Below are positions 8,074 through 16,900 of a DNA stretch of 64,000 bases, piece by piece. This DNA is from an uncultured Clostridia bacterium (GTDB lineage Bacteria > Bacillota > Clostridia > TANB77 > CAG-508). Under the pieces are notes generated by a model. That model saw only the letters and a program-made list of their open reading frames with translations, was not told the DNA's origin and ran no database searches. Location: the NCBI GenBank assembly GCA_944386165.1, contig CALXAA010000006.1:4557-68556 (forward strand), in the 5' to 3' direction. How positions within the stretch are numbered: position 1 is the first letter of the stretch; each line of letters starts with the position of its first letter. Position numbers and translations under genes: made by a program.

Positions 8074-11000
8074 TTATTTACCAATATCAAAATCTAAAGA
8101 ATTTGAAATATGATACATACCATTATCAACACAAACAATATTTTCAAACCTATAATTTCCCTCTAAAGTAACTAGCAAAGGTATTTCCATTCTAGTTGTA
8201 TTTTCATTTTTATAAAATGTCACATAATCTATTTGATTATTAATTAAGTAATATTTATTATAATCATATTCTTTTTCGGCTAATCTTAGTGAATTTGGAA
8301 GAGCAATTCTTATTTCACCCTCATATTTTTCATTAAAGTTTATTTCTAATGTAACACTATTTCCTTTCTTCAAGTTTCCTTTAAGATTTATATTAATGTC
8401 TTTTTTAATTTTATCACTTTCAATATTTTCTATTAGAGTTTGATAATAATATGAAACTACTAAATCATTACTTTCTGTTTCAAATTTTATTTCGTTTAGA
8501 TCTTCACTATTAATTGTTAATGTTTGAACTTGCATTCCATTAACTGTTACTGTTTCATTAATATCACTACTTGTTATTTTTACTGAGTCTTGTTTTTCTA
8601 TTTCGTTTGCATTGTTTTCAAAAAATGCTAATATTGCAAATCTTAAGTATTCGTCTTCTGGATCTTCTTCTATAAGTTCATTTATTTTTGTGATGGCATT
8701 ATTATTCTCTATGTAAGTTTCAATTAAAGCAATTAATGATTTATATTGATTTGCTTCTTCTTCTGATAATTGAATAGTATTATATAAATCTTTTGCATTT
8801 TGATAATCTCCTAAAAATTCTAATGATAGTGTTACTAATAATTTGTTGTAATTTTCTATGTCTGGCTCTTGTTTTAAATATAATAAATCTGCTAAAACTG
8901 GTTCATTATTTGCTGATGATAGTAGATATATTTCAAATATGTTGTCATCTTTTGCTATTTTTGTATTAATACCATATGTTATTGCACTACTATAATATTC
9001 TTTTGCAAATTTACTTATTAAGGCTGTAAGAACAATGTTTTCTTCTCCACTTTTTAAGTTTTTGAAATATGAATCTCCTATATAATCAGATAAGTTAATA
9101 TAGTTGCTTGCATTTTTGGTATTATAATATTCATTTTTTAAGTTTTGTACTTTATTATATGCAATTTGTGTGTCTAGTCTTTGTGTTAAAGTTTGTTCAA
9201 TAAAATCAATGTATTCTAAATATTGTTTCATTTCTTTGTTGTAAATTTCTAGTACTACTGGATTTCTGGTTGGTTTTATTGTACTTTGATTTTTTATGTC
9301 CATAGTTTCTTTGTTTTGAATTTCTTGAGCTGATTCTACTATATTAAATTTGTATTCTATTGTATCTTCTTGATTTTCATGTTTTCCTCTTATTACTGCT
9401 GTATAGGTTCCAAATGGTAGTTTTCCAAAATTAACTGTTGTTATTTCATTTGTGCTTCCTGTTGCATTTAATGTTTGGTTTAGTTCTTTTATTGTGAATT
9501 CATATTCAACATCATATTTTTCTTCTGCAATTGCTGTTGCATTTAATACTAAATCGTCTGTAGTTTTTACATTTCTTGGTTCTGTATATTGGATAAAGAA
9601 GTCTAATTTAGATGTTATCTCTGTTTTGTCTACTCCTAAGTATAAGTCTTTATTGGCACTGTGTACTGTTACAATATATGTTGTTACATTGTCTGGCAAT
9701 TTGAAGGTTACTGTTGCTTCTCCTTTCGAGTTAGTTGAGATTGTTTCAAAATAAGCTGTGTCACCAAAGTCTCCTCTTGGTTCACCATCTCCTCCACCAC
9801 CTAATTCTGGCATAATTGATAAATAATCTCTATATGTTGAATATGTGTATATTGGATAATTTTTGTTTTGGTAAATTTTTTCTGCTATATTTGTTATATC
9901 TTGCTCTATTTCAAATACTGCTTTGTTTACAACACTTACATTTACAGTTGATTTTATTGGATTTCCTTTGTTTGTGGTTTTAATTTTTAGTGTTACTTCA
10001 TCTCCTGGTTTGTATTCTTCTTTATCTGCTGTTATTTCAATATCTATTTTTCTGTCTTCTTCTTGGAAGTCGAAATAGTATATTGGCATTCTATAGAATT
10101 TTCCATTATATAAATATGCTGATGTTATTTTGCACCCTGGAAAGTCTTTTTCTTCAAATGTGTAATTAAAATTGTTGTCTTCTATAATGTCTGTTTTGGT
10201 TATATCTTCTTGTAATACAATTCTTAGTATTTTTCCTTGATTTTGTATTTCTTGTATTCCATTTTCTGTACATTCTGCTAGTATTAGATTTACTGTTTCT
10301 CCAATTGTAAATTCTTCTTTATCTCTTTTTAATAAATATCTGTATGTATAATATGAATACATGTCTATATCATAACTTGCTTCATATAACATATCTCCGG
10401 ATTCGAAAGATTCATAAAAAACTCCTGAATTATCTATACTGTACTCATTATAAATGTATTCTGTTTCTATTACTTCATTTCCTTTTCCATCTTTATATTT
10501 GAACTGTAATTCATATTGATATCTTTTTTCTTCTGTATCTGTTTTAATATCTAAGGTGTTTGTATCAAATTCTATTTTTCCGTTTTGTGTAACCATTTTT
10601 GTTATATTTGTTGTATTCTCACTTATTTGTTCATATGAATATTCTTCTTCATTTTCTTTTGTGTATTTATTATATTGGTATCCAATCATATATCTTTGAT
10701 ATACAGTTTCTTTTAGGTTGATTTCTATTTCTGTATTATAAAATCCATCATAAATTTCTTGTAAATCATAGTCTACTTGTGTATTTCTATCTGTTGCTAA
10801 TTTATATAATGTTACTTGATATTTGTTTCCTTCTGTTTTTTCTATTTTTGAATATGTGTTTTTGCTAATTACATATATTTCTAAATATTGTTGTGTTGTA
10901 TTGTATTCTTCTAAATCTCCATTATATATTTTTATTGTGTCCATATATGGTATTGTACTTTCATTTTCTCGTTGGTTTAATGTTATAGTAAATTCAGCTA

Positions 11001-12849
11001 TTCCTTCTTCATTTGTTGTTTCTCTATATGTAATATCATTGTATTCTATTGCTATTGTTTTGTTTGGTACATTTAATCCTGTTATATGTGTTACTTGTAC
11101 TTTAAAGTTATATTCACTTCCTGAAAGAGCATAATTTTTGTCTTTTATTATTTCATATATATAATTTTGTAATTCGTAATTTTCTATTGTGATTGCTCTT
11201 GATGCAATTACTGTATTTTTGTAATATAGTGATATATATATATCTTCACCATCAACATGGTTTTCTAATTCTATTTTGTAGTTGATATTTCCTTCTTCAT
11301 CAACTTGTACTTTTTGTTTTTCTTCTTCTCCAAGTTGAATATAAAATTCATCTTCTAATTCATCATAGAAAAGCTCTTTTGGAACAAATCCCCAAATGTT
11401 TATGGTGTCTGTATTTTTATATAATGGTCTGTCTGTATATAAATATCCTGTTGGATAATTTTCTAAATCGTAATTATATATTCCTATTACTAGTTTATTT
11501 TCAGTATTTCCTACTTTGACATATTTTACTGTTTGTGATCCATCTGAAATTCCTTTAAATTCTACTATTCCGTCTTTATTTGTTTTTTGCTCTTTTCCTG
11601 AATATTCTACATTGATGTTTTCTGCTAAATTATTTCCTTGTGCTACCCATACAATAACATCTCTTTCAGTTGATATTGCATATCCTGCTATGTCATTTAT
11701 TTGTATAGGACAGTTAAATAATTCTATTCCTTCCTGTGTTTGTATGCTTGCTACATAATATCCGTCTGTTAGATTTTTGTTTAATTGGATATAATTATTT
11801 TTTAATTCATATTCATATTCTTCTGTTTCTAATGAATTTGTATAATTTCCTGTGTTTAAATATTCTAAAAATCCATCTGTTGAATTGAATTTACTTATTT
11901 CTACTTTTCCTATTTCACTATTACTTGTACTGTAATTTATTGTATAATATATTTTTATTTGTTCATCTTTTTTGAATGTGCTTATTTTGTCTATTGAATT
12001 TGTATTATATGTAAATTTAGGCATTTCATCTTCTGTGTTTACAGTAAAGCTGAATGTATAATCACTTTCTAGTACTTTGTCTTCAGCTTCTATTCCCTTA
12101 GCTATATTTATTATGTATTTTTGACTTTCTTTTAGTTCTTCACTTGGTATTAGTCTCCATATATTTCCATAATGTTCCCATGTTCCTTTTATTTCTGGTG
12201 TTATTGTTATATTATTTTGTATTTCTTCTATACCAGCATAAGAAAATTTAATTTCAATACTTGTGTTTTTAGAAACTGTATTTTCTCCATTTGCTGGATG
12301 TGTACTTGTTACTGATAGTTTATTTGATGTTTGATATGCCCAACTGTCTTCTGTTATTTTATCTTTTATGTACTGTAATTTTAATATTGTATTGTCTGGT
12401 ATATTTTGCTTAAATTCTAGTTTATATTGTTCATCATTTATCTTTTTTATTTCATAATCAAGAGGTGGTTCTATGTATATGCTTCTTTGTACATCTTCTT
12501 TAGTTGCTTTTTGTCCATCTGTGTATATAATAAATTCTGTATCATTTGCTATTATTCCATTATTTATTTTTGTGGGTTCTATGGATTTTATTGCTACAAC
12601 TGTTGTAGTTATTTCTGGTTCATTAAATAGATTTTTGTTTATTAACAAGTCTGCTGTAAATATTATTATTAATAATGCTACTATTGATATTAATGGTTTT
12701 AATTTATTATTTTTTTTGTTTTTGCTCTTTTTATAGTTTGATTTTTCTTGTTCTACTTTTTGTTTGATTTTTTCTTGCATCTCTTGTGGCATTTGAATTT
12801 TTCCTTTTAATTTTTCTTTTAAAATTTTATCTAATTCATTATTATCCAT
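8074..12849 (-). CDS. Single-pass membrane protein with alpha-2-macroglobulin-like (MG/A2M) ectodomain; putative anti-sigma factor
   Basis: Short Lys/Glu-rich N-tail, then TM segment LISIVALLIIIFTADLLI. SbsA-Ig-like SVTSTHPANGENTV..IEIKFS. MG-like motifs TDRPLYKNTDTINIWGF, ADKEEYKPGDEVTLKIKT, GDTAYFETISTNSKGEATVTFKLPDNVTTYIVTVHS. Start ATG 12849 overlaps the sigma stop (ATGGATAA). In-frame alternatives exist up to 12882. Confidence 0.7.
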   Translation of the reverse strand: MDNNELDKILKEKLKGKIQMPQEMQEKIKQKVEQEKSNYKKSKNKKNNKLKPLISIVALLIIIFTADLLINKNLFNEPEITTTVVAIKSIEPTKINNGIIANDTEFIIYTDGQKATKEDVQRSIYIEPPLDYEIKKINDEQYKLEFKQNIPDNTILKLQYIKDKITEDSWAYQTSNKLSVTSTHPANGENTVSKNTSIEIKFSYAGIEEIQNNITITPEIKGTWEHYGNIWRLIPSEELKESQKYIINIAKGIEAEDKVLESDYTFSFTVNTEDEMPKFTYNTNSIDKISTFKKDEQIKIYYTINYSTSNSEIGKVEISKFNSTDGFLEYLNTGNYTNSLETEEYEYELKNNYIQLNKNLTDGYYVASIQTQEGIELFNCPIQINDIAGYAISTERDVIVWVAQGNNLAENINVEYSGKEQKTNKDGIVEFKGISDGSQTVKYVKVGNTENKLVIGIYNYDLENYPTGYLYTDRPLYKNTDTINIWGFVPKELFYDELEDEFYIQLGEEEKQKVQVDEEGNINYKIELENHVDGEDIYISLYYKNTVIASRAITIENYELQNYIYEIIKDKNYALSGSEYNFKVQVTHITGLNVPNKTIAIEYNDITYRETTNEEGIAEFTITLNQRENESTIPYMDTIKIYNGDLEEYNTTQQYLEIYVISKNTYSKIEKTEGNKYQVTLYKLATDRNTQVDYDLQEIYDGFYNTEIEINLKETVYQRYMIGYQYNKYTKENEEEYSYEQISENTTNITKMVTQNGKIEFDTNTLDIKTDTEEKRYQYELQFKYKDGKGNEVIETEYIYNEYSIDNSGVFYESFESGDMLYEASYDIDMYSYYTYRYLLKRDKEEFTIGETVNLILAECTENGIQEIQNQGKILRIVLQEDITKTDIIEDNNFNYTFEEKDFPGCKITSAYLYNGKFYRMPIYYFDFQEEDRKIDIEITADKEEYKPGDEVTLKIKTTNKGNPIKSTVNVSVVNKAVFEIEQDITNIAEKIYQNKNYPIYTYSTYRDYLSIMPELGGGGDGEPRGDFGDTAYFETISTNSKGEATVTFKLPDNVTTYIVTVHSANKDLYLGVDKTEITSKLDFFIQYTEPRNVKTTDDLVLNATAIAEEKYDVEYEFTIKELNQTLNATGSTNEITTVNFGKLPFGTYTAVIRGKHENQEDTIEYKFNIVESAQEIQNKETMDIKNQSTIKPTRNPVVLEIYNKEMKQYLEYIDFIEQTLTQRLDTQIAYNKVQNLKNEYYNTKNASNYINLSDYIGDSYFKNLKSGEENIVLTALISKFAKEYYSSAITYGINTKIAKDDNIFEIYLLSSANNEPVLADLLYLKQEPDIENYNKLLVTLSLEFLGDYQNAKDLYNTIQLSEEEANQYKSLIALIETYIENNNAITKINELIEEDPEDEYLRFAILAFFENNANEIEKQDSVKITSSDINETVTVNGMQVQTLTINSEDLNEIKFETESNDLVVSYYYQTLIENIESDKIKKDININLKGNLKKGNSVTLEINFNEKYEGEIRIALPNSLRLAEKEYDYNKYYLINNQIDYVTFYKNENTTRMEIPLLVTLEGNYRFENIVCVDNGMYHISNSLDFDIGK

Positions 12850-13378
12850 TAGCTTTTTCATCTCCTTTCTTTTTGTTTTCATTTAATATTGTGTCTTCTA
12901 GTTTTTTCCTTGCTCTTGATAGTCTTGTTTTTACCGTTCCTTCTGGGATTTTTATTATTTTTGATATCTCTTTAATACTAAAGTCTTCAAAATAGTATAA
13001 AATTACTATTTCTTTTAGTTCATCATTTAAGTTTCTAATTAGGTTTTTAAATTCTAATTCTTCATGTGTGTCATTATGTACTAGATTTTTTTGTTGTACA
13101 TTTTCTAAATAGATTATTTTTTTGTTTTTATTACATATTTTGTAGCATTCGTTTATTAGTATTCTTGTTATCCATGTTTTGACATATTCTTCTTTTTTTA
13201 GTGTGTGGATATTTTCGAATACTTTTACTGTAGTTGCTGAAATTGCATCATATATTTCGTCATCATTTTTTAGTATGCCAAATGCTACTCTGTATAATGT
13301 TTGCATGTTCTCAAGTATGATTTGTCCAATTTTGTCTGCATCTCCTTGCTTGGCTTTTTTTATCGTTTCTTTATCCAT
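12842..13378 (-). CDS. ECF-type sigma-70 family RNA polymerase sigma factor
   Basis: Region 2 YVKTWITRILINECY; region 4 HTH FSIKEISKIIKIPEGTVKTRLSRARKKL. RBS ggggag. Confidence 0.85.
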   Translation of the reverse strand: MDKETIKKAKQGDADKIGQIILENMQTLYRVAFGILKNDDEIYDAISATTVKVFENIHTLKKEEYVKTWITRILINECYKICNKNKKIIYLENVQQKNLVHNDTHEELEFKNLIRNLNDELKEIVILYYFEDFSIKEISKIIKIPEGTVKTRLSRARKKLEDTILNENKKKGDEKANG

Positions 13379-13471
13379 CTTTCTCCCCTTTCTTTTTCTC
13401 TTTATTCTTTAGATTTTTTTAGCTGCTTTTTGGGTTCACTTTTTTCAATTTTTTTCTTTAAGTGTTTTATA

Positions 13472-13518
13472 TAAAAAATAATCGATGTTTATTTATTAAG
13501 CTATCGATTATTTTTTTC
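13472..13518. terminator. Intrinsic terminator ending the helicase operon
   Basis: Stem aataatcgat (13477-13486) / atcgattatt (13503-13512), flanked by an A-run and a T-run. Confidence 0.55.
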
Positions 13519-13538
13519 ATTATTTTATAAAATGTATA

Positions 13539-13961
13539 TTAACTAGTTGTTTTTAATTTTAATGCTGTATTTTCATCTACCAAACTTGTTATTCTTTTAT
13601 CTAACTCATTTAATTTTTGCTCTTGTTCTGATATTTTTTCTGCATATAAAGACTTTTCATTTCTTAATAAAATTGTTACTTGTATTAAATCTGTTATTAA
13701 TAAATCATCAGCCTGTATTTTTCCACTTTTTAGATTTGCATATATTTTCAATATTCGTTCTTTTTCGTTTTCATATTGTTCTCTTTTTTTTCTTATATTA
13801 CTATCTTTGACTTTATTTTCATTTGAGACATTTTCATTTGAGTTACTTTCATTCGAATTTTTTTCATTTAACAAGTATTTTTCTTCTTTGGTAAATATTT
13901 TTCGAAAAAGTTCTTTTATTTTACTAAAAAAATTTTTTATTATATTGTTATTTTCTTTCAT
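13539..13961 (-). CDS. Small coiled-coil protein with Asn/Ser/Glu repeat (about 140 aa), function unknown
   Basis: NSNESNSNENVSNEN repeat. C-terminal heptad-like EKISEQEQKLNELDKRITSLVDENTALKL. ATG 13961 lies about 38 nt downstream of the helicase stop. The track start is TTG 13967. Confidence 0.6.
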   Translation of the reverse strand: MKENNNIIKNFFSKIKELFRKIFTKEEKYLLNEKNSNESNSNENVSNENKVKDSNIRKKREQYENEKERILKIYANLKSGKIQADDLLITDLIQVTILLRNEKSLYAEKISEQEQKLNELDKRITSLVDENTALKLKTTS

Positions 13962-13999
13962 TTTCAAAAATTTTCCTTCTCTAATGTGAATTTTTTATT

Positions 14000-16900
14000 T
14001 TACCTAAATTCTGTTAAATCTCTAATATTTTGTAAACCTTGCTCAAGCATTGCTTTTTCCTTTTCTAATTTTTGAATTTTTCCTTTTTTGCCTTTTACAT
14101 TTTCATATAATTTATCTAATTGTTCTTGTTTTTCTTGTATTTCTTTCATCGTTTTTTCTATTTCATTCATTAAGTCTTGTTTTATTTGTGGATACATCTC
14201 TCCAGCAGCATATAATATATATGTAATTCTATATTTTTCTTCATCAGCATTTTTGTCTTTAAAACTTCGTAAATACTCTTGAGCTGATTTTAAATATTGA
14301 TTGTTTTTTTCTGTTGATAACATTCCTTGTATATAATTTCTTGCAAATGTAATATATTCGTGTTCTTGTCCATTTCTCAATTTTCCATTTTCATCTACAT
14401 GGTATGCATTATATCCATTGTAAAAAAACTCTCCTGTTTCTATATGTTTACCATCTTCATCAAAAAATTCACTGTCATATTTTGTTGTTATTTCTTTACC
14501 ATATAATCTTTCAGTATTATTACCATCAATATCAAATCCTCTTAAATCTCTTTTCTTTTTTGTAATAATATGTCTTCCATCTATATTAAATTTTCTTTTA
14601 TTGTATGTTAATCCTGTTTCCAAATAAGTTCCATCTTGTTTAAACCCATGTGGGTCATAAATTTGACCATCTTGATCATGATAAAATCCTCTTTTACTAA
14701 ATCCATGTAAATCATATCCATTAATAGTATATCCTTCTGGATCTACTATTTCTTGTGTATCTATATATTTTCCATTTGATTGTAGTTTGCAATAATGTCC
14801 TAACCTATTAAATCCTCTTTCATTAACCCTTAAGCCAGTACTTTTTAATTTTCCATCTTCTTGTCTTTTATAGTAAATTCCATTTCTGTCAAAGTTATTT
14901 TCATCTAATCTACTACCTGTTTTTATATTTATTCCATTTACATCAAATCCAAAATTATCATACTTACCATATGGTTTATCTGAATATCTTCCTCCTCGAA
15001 TTGGATAATAGTTTCCTTCTAAATCAAATCCATATTGGTTTTGTTTTATTCTAATTTGCTTTCCACTGACTGTTTTTCTAGTACATAATCCGTCTATTTC
15101 AAAACCATTATTGTCAAATTTTCTATCTGTTTTTTCAATTGTACCATCTTTTTTCTTTATATACCAATAACCATCTCTATCAAAACCTCTATCATTAATT
15201 TTTTGATGTGAATTAACATATTCTCTTCTATTTATAAATTTTCCACTTTCGCCTTCTTGAGCAGGTCTCCAATAATATCCATCCTTATCAAAAAAATTAT
15301 TATCTACAATCCTTCCTTCATAATAATCTGAATAATAATGGGCATTTCTAGGGTACCAAAATCCATCTCTACTAAAACCATAATGATTTATTCCACTTTC
15401 TGTTTCTATATATGTTCCATCTTTTTGAAGTTCACAAAACATACCTTTTTTATTAAAACCATTATTATCTACTTTTCGTCCTGTATTAATAAAAGTTCCA
15501 TCCTCTTGTTGTTCATAAAATATACCATCTTTGTCAAAATTATTTCTATCTATGCCATTTTTATTATAACCAGATCTGTCATAACCTTTTTTATTATAGC
15601 CATGTTCATCATATCCATCTACATCTATTCCTTCTTCATTCCAGTAAGTTCCTGTTTCTATATTAATATTACCATATTCACTTGGTCCATTTATAATAAA
15701 ACCATCTTTTACTGCACATATAAATCCTTTACCTTTTTTAAATTTTTCAAAAATACCACATTTTCTTAAAACATTAATATCATATTGTAGAAATTCACTT
15801 CTTCCATTATAAAATACTGTTCTAGCATATTGATATTCTTGTCCTATTGGATAATCCATTGGAAAATCTACTTCTTCTAAAATCAATTTTTTTATCTCTG
15901 GTGTTAAAGTTTCAAATATTTCTCCTAAAGTACTTTCTGGTTTCATACTATCATTATTAATGTCTATGCCATATTCTGATAATACATCTAATATAGAAAT
16001 AATATTCCTTATTCTTAATTTTGGTCCTGGTTTTCTCTCTTTCTTTATTTCATTGGCTTTCTTAAATAAGTCTAGAAATCTTTTTTGTTCACCTACAACC
16101 TTAAATACATTATTTCTAGTAATGTTTTTTGCTCCTTCTTTAATAGGTATTTCTGGAATCTCTAAATTCCATAAGTCAATTGTTTTTCCTAATTCTAATA
16201 CTTGTTCTATTTCATATATTTCTGTTTCACTTAAATTATGGTTATTTATTCCTTCAAGATATTTCTCATATTTAGTTTTTATTATTTTTAATGTTCTCGC
16301 TTTTTTAAATTCTTCAATATCTTCGCTTTCTATGTCTGGAATATATCCGTGAAGATTAACCCAATTTACTATTAATTGTAATCTTTGTAAATCAGATGTG
16401 GGTGTAGTTCTGTTTGCCTCTCTATCCATATTTTGTTCTAAATAATTGTTATATACATCAAAAATTATAGGTGTCTGATTTTCTTCTATAGGCTTTTGGG
16501 GGTCTACAGAATAAATACATCTTCCAATTTGTTGTAAATACAATATTTTATGTTCAGCACTTATTGGTCTTAACATTATAATTCCATCTATACCATCAAC
16601 ATGAACACCTTCATTTAACATATCTATTGCAAATATTAATTTTAAGTGTTCTGATTGTGATGATTCAAAATTTGATATTGCTGTTAAGTTTTCGCTTTTT
16701 CTTTCTCTATCACTTAGTAAATAGTCTATTTGTGGTTCTGAATCTATATTTTTTAAATTCTCTTTTATTTTTTCTATTTCTGCTTTAACATATTCTTCTG
16801 AACTCATATCAGTATTGTTTCTTGGTAAAAATACAATATATCTTCCGTGTTTGTTGTTTATATTTTCTTCAAAAATTTTAGACATACCTTCTAATTGAGA

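Noticed and set aside
8074-12882. Thioester (CxEQ) site in the A2M-like protein
   Set aside because: The ectodomain has very few Cys and none in a C-x-E-Q context. The equivalent region reads IEQTLTQ. I therefore describe it as thioester-less rather than as a classical covalent trap.
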